DNA from: Paraspadella gotoi
Taxonomy: Eukaryota > Animalia > Chaetognatha
Assembly: GCA_051294375.1 (NCBI GenBank)
Contig: CM119271.1
Location: forward strand, 14,142,770-14,206,769
Direction: 5' to 3'
Length of the DNA stretch: 64,000 nucleotides
Below, piece after piece: positions 46,201 through 58,609 of the stretch; the stretch's first letter is position 1, and each line of letters starts with the position of its first letter. The notes below the pieces were generated by a model that saw nothing but the letters and a program-made list of their open reading frames with translations, was not told the origin of the DNA and made no database searches. A program made the position numbers and the translations under genes.

Positions 46201-48985
46201 AGAAGAGAAAACTCCAAGAAATCCTTCCTTCTTTTTCTTCTTCGGTTTTCTCTTCCACTGAGCCGCCGCGTCGTCGTCTTCGTCGTCGTCCTCCAGCTCC
46301 AACGGCACGCCCTTCACCAACTGCTGCAGCTGCAGCTTCTTTTCCCGCTTCCGCAGTCGCGTTGACTCAAGATCTCGCCGCCGCTCCTCGCGCTTTTGAT
46401 CGTACCACGCCTTTAAGTAAAGGACTGAAATTGTTAACGATGTCAAAATGCAATACTATGGCAACAGCCGGGTTGCCTATGATGCCCATTGGGATGGGGC
46501 ATCTCACTGTTGGCTTTGGGGGCTTCCGACCCTCAGTGACGGCTCCAGTCACTGGCGCGGTTACCCTAGGACGGTCTCGCTTTGCCAACGCAGAGGGAAG
46601 TCGTTAGGACTGTGAATGGAACACTACACCTGGGATGGTGTGTTCCCCCTCTGAGCCAATGGATTTGGCTGAAGGATGGTGGACGTGAGGCGGTGTGAAT
46701 ATACCGCCACAATACTATTATATTATATTAGATCTAATAGTGTTGATACACAAAATATAATAGCGCTGTAAAAATTTGTTTTGCTAAAAAAAAGACATTT
46801 ATTTCTTATAATCTCATTTGCATATTGTAGTCATAGATTTCAATCATCTTCCTGTTCATTAAAATTTTTTATTGGATAAAAAAAGGAATTTAAAAAAAAA
46901 TATTATTTCAACGGGAGGAATGCCGAGGCGCGGGGTATCTCACCAACTGGCGCAGGGGGTACGGACCCTCAGTGACCGCCTCCAAGCACTGGCATGTTTA
47001 GACCGGCTCTGTCATATTTAAGCCTAAACCGGGATAACCAGGGAATGAACCCGGGTTGGAACGAGATGATTTAGCCTGCTCAGTCATTGAGACGAGGCTG
47101 AGGACAGCAGTGAGGCAGCTTTAAGTTTTGCTGTCACAATATTTTATTTAAAAAGGTCTAAAAAGTACATCAGTGGGTTTTTGTTTAAAACTTTTCAATA
47201 GGGAAATTCAGTTAAATTCATGAACTTGAATTCAAGTAACGTTAAAAGTCGGAGAAAGTGTCTTGAGGTTATTAATGACTGACGAATGTGGTATTGCAAA
47301 ATCCATCTATATAACCTGTTTTGAAGTTAACTTGATAACTTAAAGTTAATTGAGGTACGGTACGGTGAATTCTTTTTTATTTTTTTCCCTGGACGTCTTT
47401 TAGTTATTACTTTTTGAAGTTTCACAATCATGTTTTTTTAGTTCTGACAATATCGTATTTGGTAATAATAATAATTTAAAAAATCAGCAGCTTTTTCTAT
47501 TTAAGTTACGTAGTTAAGCAAGCCAAGTACTTTTCCAAACTAAATCAAGCACATAGGCCAGCGCCTGATACGTCCCTGACAAATGAGTAATCGAGTAATT
47601 CCACCTGCAATTGCCTCTGCCTCATTTGATGGTAGAACCCTTCGTCCCTCGGTCGCGGAAAGAGCGACCAGCGTTCCCAGGCGGCGGCGCGTCGGGCGCG
47701 GCGCCACCAGGGCTTCCGGCTTCTGGCGCCGCGGGCGGCGACGGAGGAGGAGGAGACGCGGAGGGAGACGAAGACGTCGTGGGAGGAGCGGGCGGCGCCG
47801 GCGCGGACGAGAGAGAGGGAGGAGAGGAGAAGAGAGGAAGGGATCTGGAGAAAAAGGAAGAAGGGAATCGTTAAGGGATGTTAAACAATCGCTCGTTGGT
47901 TAATGGTTAATGGTTAATGGTTATATTACCCATACAATGTTTTTATAGATAACAATGAAATAAAGTAACATAAAAGAAGCGGTATTCCAAAATCGAGGGA
48001 AATAATTGATCTCTCAGTTTTACCATATCTTTATTAATTGAATTAAGCTGCAATATGCAAATGAGATTGAACAACCTCGTCTTATATCGAACAACATGTT
48101 CATCCGTTTTGAAGGACAATCGGCAATACAATCGGTAAACTTACATCCTGCCCAGTGCCCACCACAACGCCCCCTCGCCCCACCACCCCTAAGACCCCCT
48201 CACCGTCGGCGACGGCGTCGGCGGCGGCGGCGACGCCGTCTCCTTGGAAACGTGAATGGGAAATCGAACGACGCCGGGCGGTGGGCGTGGCGCGAAGAAG
48301 GTGGGGGCGGACATAGAGCGGGGAAAGGAGCGGCGGAGGAGAGAGGAGCGGGAAGAGGAGCGAGCAAGAGGAGGAGGAGCGGGATCCACTTCCCCGTCTT
48401 CCTCGGCGATGGACGGGAGGGCGTTGGAGGAACGAGACTCGGAACATCTGACGCGCCCGTCCGACCTCCGCTCCGCGCGACCCGGCGACCGCGCGCAGTC
48501 ATCCGCGGTTCTCGTAAAATTACCGACGGAGCGCGCGACGTTGTCTACGACGCCGCCGGTCGAGTTACCGATCGAGCGGGGAGCGTTGTCGAAGGCGTCG
48601 TCGACGGAGTCGGCGTCGTCGGAGATCTCGACGACGTTGTCGAAGAGATTGTCGCTCGGAGGCGGCGGAGCGACGGAGGCGACGGTCGGGAGAAAGATGG
48701 AGCCGAGGAATTTGCAGGAAAAAGTTACGCCGCGAGAGGGCGGCGTCTAGAGAGGGGAGAGATAGGGTGTGGGTGGGGGAAGAGAGGAAAGAAAAGTGTA
48801 AACGGTACAAAAAGAGGAGAGAAAAAAAGAGGATTATAACCAGGGAATCGACGAATCGTGTTTAAAAGAAAATATTTTGGCCCCAAATTTTGGGAGAGTA
48901 AAAGGAAAAGAGAAGATTTCAGACTTGAGAGACTTCATTCCACTTTATTTCTCACCTCGACCTCAACATCTTCGGTCCCCGTCAT
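43291..48985 (-). CDS. Large low-complexity/coiled-coil protein with a split, divergent PTB-like domain
   Basis: GVTFSCKFLGS (~48710-48740), then DRLTFVYVDPRDPRVFCLV..CLVFKAPSRIMASRVAGTIQ (~45945-46095), spliced in frame to the 795-aa ORF. Ends are uncertain. Confidence 0.65.
46457..46711 (-). mobile_element. Short dispersed element, related subfamily, 4-bp TSD ATAC
   Basis: atac|TATGGCAAC...GCCACA|atac. Shares the core GACCCTCAGTGAC..CACTGGC with 46904-47138. Confidence 0.7.
46904..47138 (-). mobile_element. Short dispersed element, copy 2, 4-bp TSD ATAT
   Basis: atat|TATTTCAAC...GTCACA|atat. Homologous to 24997-25211. Confidence 0.8.
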
Positions 48986-50601
48986 CGTTTCGTCGGCGTC
49001 GAGACGAGATTCGTCGAATTACGACTCGTAAGTCGCGACGAAACTCGACGATCAACTTTGTCTTCCGGACGTCGACTTGGAAATCTACGATTTTCTTTTT
49101 CCATCGAAACTCCAACTAATATTCATCTGTTTTGTTTTAATTCATTTGTATTCAAACATTCATTTCGTCCCACTTTCTTTATCATTTTTCTCAAGGTCAA
49201 CCTCATCATTTTTTAATTTTTGTTTTCTACTTTGTTTTAATTTGTGTTCTCTTTTTCGAAATATGTAGCACTTTCGGAATTTAATGCTGCGCTGCATTCA
49301 GTTTTACGGTCTTTGCACGTGCACAGTGTGAAGAGTGTAACGCACTCTTTCTTACTTTCTCATGAGGACTGTGCTTAACGGACGCAATTTTGACATTCAC
49401 GGTTTCTACAATGGAATAAGTGGGAAGAGGATCCAATTACAAATTCGTAGTAATACAAATAAATATTTTTCATTAAAATAAATAAAACAATTCTCTCGTT
49501 TAATCGAATACGATCGGCCGCGAGACCGAAAATGTGTGATCAACAATTTCAAACAAAGAAATTAGAAAAAGAGTACTAAGATTTAAAACGGTTTTTGGAG
49601 AATTTAAACAAAGCGAATTTCATTTTTGGTTCAATACTAGAAAGAGAGAGTCTTTATTTTCAATTCTCTAAAGTCAAAACTGACCATTTGCCTATCAAGA
49701 GTATTTGAAATGCGACCAAAAAAAAAAAATATTGGTTTTAAACGTTAAGTATTTATTCCAAAAATAATAATAATAATCATTTCGGCGAATTTCCAGGAGG
49801 AAAAAAAATATAAAAATAAGACAAATAATCTCTGGTGTTTGTTATGACAACAAAAAAAGACACAGAACGTAAAACATTAACGCCAACTCAACGGAAAAAA
49901 GCAACGAATAAATAAAACGTAAAACATACAAAACGAAAAAAAAATGGCGACATTAAAGCCTGCTAACTAAACGAATACACGACTAGAGATCACACGAAAT
50001 TTTTTGACGGGTTACGGTCCGTTGCCGATAAATTATAAAACGAACAATAATTAAATTAAATAAGACGGAAATGAACAAAATCGTCGAGTAGCGACGAATT
50101 GATATGTAACCCGTTTAAAAAAGCGAATGGTTATGACGCGAGAGAAAGAAAAAGGGGTTTGTTTGTTTTTCCAAAGATATGTATATACGCTACACTCATG
50201 ATGTACATTATGATATGGACTGTGTGTAAAAAAAAATTTTTTTTTCCATGGACCAAATATCTCATTTTCAAAAAAAAAAGTTAGATTAGATCGGAATAAT
50301 AGAGATACGAGTGCATTTACTATTTTTTCCTTTTTTTATCGTTTTGTTTTTTTTTTATTACAAAGAATCACACGCACGATATAACTCGTAAAATAAAGTT
50401 GACTAGTACCATCGTTTCAATTTGTACTAATTACAATCTTCCTCAAAAGTCGCCAGCGCTTCTTCCCAAGGGCAGACAGTAAACATTGCGCGTTTTATCG
50501 ATTAATAGAAGTTATTGTTTAATGTTAAACAATGTTTATTATGATATCCAATGGAACTATATTCGTTAAATTTCGCCTCATACATGCGGGCGGGAAGAGA
50601 G

Positions 50602-50686
<85 letters not shown>

Positions 50687-50906
50687 ATCAGAATGACTTC
50701 TTATTAGTTTACAATTAGGCATAACGGGATCCTAAAAAACGTAGACGGCATGCTATATAAATACGCGCTTGGTTAGTCTATTTTTGGTAAGTCATGAAAT
50801 TGGAAAGAGGGGAAGTCAACAATGATGTTTTAAAATGTTTATTATTTCATTTTATGGAAATAAAGTCTTTAGACATCGATGAAAGAGCAGGTCTTAAAAT
50901 TTACAG

Positions 50907-50939
<33 letters not shown>

Positions 50940-50940
50940 T

Positions 50941-51001
<61 letters not shown>

Positions 51002-51180
51002 AAATTATTGTGAAATGATTCAATTTGTTTTTGTTTTCTTGTTTTTTTCCCAAAGATAATCTGAGGTTTTATCAAATTCCTTGCGATGACTTCAATTCCA
51101 AAATCTCTTCTCCCGTTCTATTAACGATGAAAGCGTCGTTGTTGTCGTTGTTATTGATTATTGTTGTCGTTTTCCAGATT

Positions 51181-54100
51181 TCACGATTGCGTCGGCATGT
51201 AAGGCGGCGGCGCGCGGTATGTCTGCGCCGCCGGGCCGCCGTTGGCGACGCTGCTGCCGCCGACGCTGCCGGGAGTACCGACGCCGACGCCGCGGCCCAG
51301 CGTTCCGTTGCCGTTTGTCATCGTCGGCGTCATCGTCGTCGTCGTCGGCATCGTCGTGGCGAGAAGACCTTCCTTGTTCGGCGAAGTTAATTGATCGTGA
51401 AGTGGCGGGAAGTCGCCGGCGTCGGGAAGGTCTGAGGAGGAATTGTCATATGTAGCGAGAGATAGAGACAGAAACAGAGAGAGAGAGAGAGACTCACCTG
51501 TGGTGGGAATGGGTTTGTTTGTGGTCGGAGGGCGGGGTGGAGGCGGGGATGCCGTTGGAGCTGCGGGGGTAGGAGGGGGAGGCAGCGGGGGCTTCTCGTC
51601 TGGTGATGGAGGCGAGAAAAATGGTGGAGGGAAAAGAGGAAGATGGGTGGGGGTTTTTAACTCGGGTTTTTAACTCGGGCTTAACTGAATTATTATCCTA
51701 TTTAACTTAGTTCACCTTTAAGGATGAGCGGCGTCTGCGGAGGCGCTGGGTTCTCTTGAAGTTCATCCACGAAGATGACGGGAATGCCTGTCAAGGAAAA
51801 AATATTTTTTTGTAAAGTATCTTGTTATTATATGAATGTAGAAAAACAGGAATAGATAACGGGAAGGCCTCGTGTAAAAAACCTTACCTTTATTGAGGAA
51901 AGTCCGTTTTTCGCCCAAAGTGAACTTTCCTCTTCGTGATTTCTGAAGGACAAGAAAATTTATATCGATAGTTATTCATACATGTTAACATCAACAAATA
52001 CTTATATATGATAAAAATGGCCTGACGTTAAAAATAAAAGAACAACCCGTCATTCCTCACCTTATAAAGAAGACAGGCGATGCAGGCGGCGGAGAGAAGA
52101 ATAGCGGCGCCCACGACAGGCGGCGCCAGAGACGCGAAAAGATCGCGGCGCCAAAAGACGGCGCCGGGGTCGGCGGCGTCGTCGGCGCGGGCGAGGCCGT
52201 CGTGGAGACTCACTTGTGCGGGGAGGACCTCCGCCGAGGCGCAGGGACCGTGGGTGGTGAGGGCGATCTGCGAGAGAGGGAAGAGAGAACGTTTGGTAAG
52301 TGAAGCGATGGAAATGGAACTATTAATCAATCAATCAATCATCAATCACCCAATTCCCCCCACCCAAACCTCACCTTGTTGAGAACGAATCCGGCCCGGG
52401 CCATCGGCTGCACAACGGAATTTCTGATGTTGTTGTCGTCGTCGAAAACGACCTCCTTGAGCCTCTTGAGGTCTCCGCTGGGGCAGGGGCTGTAGGGGAG
52501 CGAGTCGTTGCTCCACCAGACCGAAGTGGAGCCCTTTTTGACTTTGGTCATGACGATGTCGGCCATCGAGGCACCGTCGCCGAAGATCCTTAAAAATAAA
52601 AGTCGACTTGAAATTTTATAAAAATAGTTTTTTCCAGATTAATTGATTGATTAAAACTGACAAATGTGATGGAATGTTTAATGGTTTCTCTCGACCGCGG
52701 ACGGTCGCCTGAATAAATAGCAATGCTGTTAATTTAAATTGTCTCTCATTCCTTAAATTGTCATCATACCTGTTTTTAAAATCACCGGACTGAAAGTTTG
52801 GGAATCTGATTAGCAATCAAGTCTTTTTTTTTTACCACAACTTGTGGCACAAGATAGCCAAATGACTTTTTCACCTTATTATTGAAATTAACATCAAGAA
52901 TTCATCCGTCACCTTATTACGTATTACCATTATTAACCCCGCACGCCTTCTCCCGCTCATCCTTCCCCCCAACCTGGCGAGAGTCCTGACGAATCTGATC
53001 CTGAGATCGACGTCATTCCTAAAGATCACGTGATCCGTGGCGAAGCGGAAGATGAACTCGTGATTGAATTTTTTCTTTCGCTTCTGAGTTTTTCGCGGAT
53101 GGTGAACGACTCTCACTGTAAAGAGGAAACGAAGAAACGATGTTTTGTCTCTGAAACATTTTTCGCAACAGAAACTAAAATGCTTTTTATCAAAGACGAC
53201 GTTGGTCGTCCAACATTTCAATCTTTTTTTTCCTTCCATAATTTAATACTCTGTATAGTTGTTTAAATATGTATTTAACTATAATTTTAAATTTATATAG
53301 CAGCAATGAAGGTAATAATAACCTTAAAAATTATTTACTTCTATCTTCGCTACCGAAAATAAGTTAGAAAATAAATGTTAACATTGCTGTAATATGCAAA
53401 TGAGATTAAAAACAAATTCCTGTACCCGTGATGGCATCCCTGACGACGTTGCCCCGCGAATCCATGGCGGCGATGACGTATTCCATCGTTCGCGGCTTCA
53501 CGTCTCCTTTGAGCGGCAGTCCGTAGATCATGTTCCTGAAAAGGTTAGCGCCAAAAAAATGTCGGGTCAAACGTGATACTGAGAGTTGTAAGAGAGCTAA
53601 ATGGTATATAGAATATTTATAAGTTAGTTTAATTGATAATTATTATTAAAAAATGTCCCAAACTCTCTAATCAGTCATAATCATCAATTGATACACTAAT
53701 GACAAAAGCGATTTCGTGAAATGAGAACATGAAATGACACAGGAAAAGAATTTATGACGAGTCGATGTCAATACGACAATATGCAAATGAGATTGATGAA
53801 TTCAATCTCATTCTTGGTTGCATAAAAAGTTCCTTCTTTATAAAGTGAACGCCAGAATGAAAATATTCGCGGTATTAATCTTTCCCCTAATAAGGATTTA
53901 AGAGTATTTCGTTTGACCCCCCCAAGAACCATGGCATTTTATTTCATCAACCATCCGAGATAACCCTTTCTTCAAACTCCCAATCTTCGTCCTTAACAAC
54001 ACCTTTCCCCACCACCTTTACCTGTTCCTGTCGTATTTGATCCAGGATCCTTCGGACAACCCGAGCCCGTCGATCCTCATGAGCGAGACCTCCAAGGCTG

Positions 54101-57100
54101 ACTTCCTTCCGGCCCCAACTCCTTCGTCGTCGTCGTCGTCCGCGGAGGCCGCGGCGTCGACGAAGCCGGCGAAGAGTCTCTCCAGCGGCGGCAGCTGATG
54201 CTCGCAATACTTTCCTTCGACGCAGTTGAACTCGCCCAGTTTGCTGCGTATTTCTGGTGGTAGAAAGTTGGGGTGAGGTTGGTTGAACGACGTATTTACT
54301 AAATAGTATTTACTAAATACTAAATACTAAATTAGTTCAAGCCACGAACTGAATAGTGCATTAGTAACTAATGCACTATTTAGTTCGTGGCTTGAACTCG
54401 TTTAAAACATTAATTATTATATGCCACTACAAAATTACCCCATGGATCCGCTGTAAAATTCCTTTTAACAAAACAACAATAACAACAACGACAAGTATCA
54501 AGTACAAAATAAACGCCATCACTGCATCACATTCACAACAACAACAACAAAAGCGAATGATTTACCCGGTCTCTTCCCGAACGGCATCCGCGGACGGAGC
54601 GGAGCGCCACCTCCCATTCCTTCTCCTACTCCCCCTCCTCCTCCTCCTCCCGGCCCTTTAGTCGGCGGCGAGGTCGTCTGCGGCTTCGGTTTGCACTTCT
54701 TGCCCTTGCACGGCTTCCCGTCGTCGTGACCGTCGGGCAGTTGCTTCGTCGGGCGGCCGTCTCGGCCCGTGGGTCGAGAGGAAGGCTGCAGACGGTCGGG
54801 CAGTTTACCCTCGTTCCACTGATCGTCCCAGCCGGAGTACGAATCGGTTGGTTTTGCCTACGAGAAATGAATCGTTTAATTAAACATTAAATAAAATGAA
54901 TAAGTAACAATGACTCCTCAAAGCAATCAAACTTTACCTGTATCACCGGAGTTGGCCTGATCCCTCCGGCACCGCCTGGCAATTCCGGATGTAAAGTGGC
55001 CGTCGCCTGGTACTGCCTGCCGCCTCCGCCGTGGTGGTGTCGCCCGTGGGTCTTAGGTCCGCGGTGGTGGTGATTGCGGTGGTGGGGGTGGCGGCCTCCG
55101 TAGGCGGGAGTGTGGAGAGAGTCGGAGGGTTGGCTTGGAATGAGGGGAGTGTCGAAGAGAGAGTTAAGCTTACGTAAAATAATAAAATAAATAAAAGAAA
55201 TCTATTGAATTTAATTTACATATCACAGTACTTCGACGAACTGAAACGGAGAGCCCTTTTTGCCTTTGTTATTGACTTTTATTTCGACGAAATAAAACTT
55301 TACTTGATGTCAATATATTTAATATAAAAATACGCATAATACACAAATGCAACAAGGATCCCAAACATACAATTAAAACGACAAACAACAAAACAACAGA
55401 AAGAGAAAACTCAGCAGCGAAATTGGGAAACACAGGAAATGATCAAAAAGTTAAAATGTTAAAAAATGGAGAAAAACGGGAACTAAGAACATAACCAAGC
55501 CCATCGACGCGATCCAGCCTCCGGTTCAATTCACTCACCTCGGCACGATCCGCCTTCCCGGTCCTTCGGCTCCCTCGGTCGCGGCGCCGGCGACGGCGGC
55601 TTTGGTCGGCGCCATCCTCTGCGGTTCCAGCGTCGCCGTGTAGCGCCACCCGTAGCCAAAGTACGGGGCGCGCTTGACTCGGGCGGCGCGGTCAGACGCT
55701 TGCTGATTGGTCACGTGCCAGCCAATCACGTCGCGGGAAAGGAGGGAGGCGAGAGTTCCGTTGACGGAGGAACGCTCAACGGTTTCGAGGAGAGCGATGT
55801 TTTCTGATTGAATAAAGTTTGGGGAGAATATGAGTGAATGGAATGGTTACGTTAAATAGTAATACGAAATAATGCGATAAAATTCCGATTAGATTGGAGA
55901 GGTACATCGTTGTACCTCCTTTCATTATGTTTTCCTTATTTCTTTTCATTTTTCTCGCTTTTTCTATCTTTCTATTCTTTCTCACCTTTTTCACCTTTCA
56001 AATTTTTCACTATCTGTCCCCCGCTTCACTTCCCCCAATAATCTCACCGGACGTGAAATCGTGTCCGCATCCGATCTGCCATTGCAGCAGCGCTCCTCCT
56101 CCTCCTCCCTTCTTGTTCCCAGGTCCCGCGACCAACGCCGCTGCGTCGAACGCGCGCCTCTTCTCTCCGCCGGGCGGCAGCAAGCGGAGCGCCTGCCGCG
56201 GAACTCCGACGGCTGCGGCGCCGCGGTCGAGCAGCGCCAGTCGATCGGCTGGGGCGGCGGATGCGAAGGGGGCGTCGACGACGACGGTGACGACGGTTCG
56301 AGGTTCGCCCGGAAGGCAGGCGTGCGTCTCCGTCGATCGATCGTTAGCGTCGACGGATTTCAAAGCGTAGGAGGAAGGAGAGTCCTCGGAATCTCTGAAG
56401 GAGGAGGGAGGAGGAAAAAAAGGGGGAGGATATAATGAAAGAACAAGAAAACAACGAAACAGAAAGAAAGAAGACTTAACGAACTAACAAAACAACTAAC
56501 AGAACAAACGAACGAACCAACGAACGAACATTGGAACTATTCGTCCCCACCTGACGGTGATGGAAAAGACGTCCTTCGCCAACGAAGACGACGACGACCA
56601 GGAATGCCCCGTCGTCGTCGTCACCGACGTCGAGGCGTTGAAAGCGACTTCCGGCGCTTCCTCCAGAGCCAAGACGCTGATGTAAGTTTGACCGGCGTCG
56701 TCCGGTGTCGCGACGCCGAAAAACCGGCGTCGCTTTTGGTCAAAGTCGATCCAGGGTGGGAGACGCGTATCGCCGGCTTCGGTCGTCACGAATGACGCGA
56801 CATCGCCTGGACGAGTGGAAAAGAGAGGTTGAGTAAAGGAAAGAAAGGGAAATAAGAAAAAAAGAAAAAAAGAAAAGAAAAACAGAAATAAAACGGAAAA
56901 TAAAGGAAAAGAAAAGAAAAGAAAAACAAACTCGGGTGGAAAAAGAAAAAGAAAAGAAAAGAAAATTTAAATAAACAGAAATAAACCGAAAAAAAAGGGA
57001 AAAATAAAATGGAAAACAAATGAAAAAGAAAAGAAATAGAAATAAAACGAAAAAAAGGAGAAAACAAAAAAAAGAAAAGAAAACAAAAGAAAACAAAAAG

Positions 57101-57531
57101 AAAACAAAAAAGAAAAGAAAAAAGAAAAAAGGCCAACAATGATACCAAGGAAGGCGTTGTCGGGAATGTCGAACTCAAAGGCGGCGCCGACGACGGCGAC
57201 GGCGTCGGGAATTCCCCAAGAGACTTGGGGTCGGACACGCCCACTCGACGCCGGTTTTCGCGGCTTCGATTGTCGTCCTGCCGTCGGTGGCGCCGGCGTG
57301 GTTTTAGGCGTCGATTCCAACACGGCGTCAAAGTCTTCGACGCCGAAGATTTTCGGCGAAGGATTTTTCTCGGCCGAGTTTCCGCTTCCAACGAAATTCG
57401 CGACGATGCGATTTTGCGAGTTTTTCGATTTAACGAATTTCGGTTCCGTAAAAGAGGTTTTTTGGTCGTCGACGATGACGGGTTCCAATCTTTCGTCGTC
57501 GTCGATGGGTTTGTCGTTGTGAGGCTCGTTT

Positions 57532-57563
<32 letters not shown>

Positions 57564-58118
57564 TCTATCGAAATTCTTAGATCGAGAATCGCGAAGAAAT
57601 TCGTTCAAATTTCGTCGATCATCGTCGTCGTCGTCGTTTTCGTCGTCGTCATCGTCCATCGATTCCACTTTATTCGACGCCGCAATTTCGGCGTCTTTTT
57701 CGAAAACGGCGCCGTCGTCGGCCGCTTTCGGCGAGAGATCAAAAGAAAAGATTTGTGAGATTTTTTCCGCGGCTTCTTTGTCGGTCAAAACGACGTCTTT
57801 GTCGGTCGAATCGTCGTGATTGTCGGGCGCGGCTCCTTCGACGCGACTCAAGGTCATCAGGCAAAAAGCGAATGAGCAGAGAAAGATGGCGCTTTTCGCG
57901 AATGAAAGCCGAGGGCGATGTCGGTCTAGAGGTCGGTCGGTCTGTCGGCAACGATGGGTAAGTAATGGGTGAGAAGGTTTATCGGCCAAGCGAGAATGAC
58001 TAGACGATGGTGATGATGATGATGATGATGATATGCTTTCAGTTAGCGAGTTCTCGTCGGCGCTGCGTCGTCGCCGTCGTCGTCGACGTCGCCCGCCGAG
58101 AGAGAGACTAGAACGCAT
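51181..58118 (-). CDS. DAG1: Dystroglycan
   Basis: GIPDAVAVVGAAFEFDIPDNAF, AKDVFSI, IGWHV..RVKR furin site, mucin-like exons, SEA cleavage G|STSVWWSN, TM, KGIPVIFVDEL and C-terminal YRAPPPYMP. Confidence 0.95.
54334..54398. repeat. Near-perfect 31-bp-arm palindrome in a DAG1 intron
   Basis: AGTTCAAGCCACGAACTGAATAGTGCATTAG-taa-CTAATGCACTATTTAGTTCGTGGCTTGAACT, with one mismatch. Confidence 0.9.
56820..57132 (-). repeat. ~310-nt intron composed almost entirely of pyrimidines (sense strand)
   Basis: The + strand is an A/G tract made of AAAAG/AAAAC/AAAT units. Confidence 0.85.
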
Positions 58119-58609
58119 CCTTGAATTCGGAGGAGAGAAAGTCGACGAGCCACTCGATCAAAAGTGGAGGCGGAAGAGAAGGTGAAGGCTGAGGAAGTTT
58201 CCTTCCAACATCGCGTCCGCGACCGAAGAATCTCGCGGTCGTCGATAAATTGAAATAAACTTAAAAATTTTAAATTATAACAATAATACCAACTATATTA
58301 AGGTACGAAATATAAAAAAATCGAAAGATCAAAAAACTGGAAACGATCGACTAGCAAGTGTGAATAATTAAGATCAAAAAATCACTGGAGGCACTTAGAA
58401 AAAAAATCCGACAATCTCAGTTGTTCGGGCGATGAGATCATCGAAATAGAGAGTAAACAATATCGACGCTAAATTCGCTAGACACTCGGTTCTAATCGCG
58501 GAATGTAGAAAGACAATTAGATATTGACACCGAGATATCAAAAACCGAATTTTAGAAAAGGTTTATCTAAAATATCGTCCGAACAGGGACAAGACGTCAA
58601 GTCGCTGTC

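Noticed and set aside
43444-48839. Numerous Arg-rich + strand ORFs (also antisense to most other genes)
   Set aside because: Shadow frames of GC-rich minus-strand exons, with no motifs of their own.
56740-57135. Phe-rich transmembrane-looking ORFs
   Set aside because: Read-through of the pyrimidine-rich DAG1 intron.
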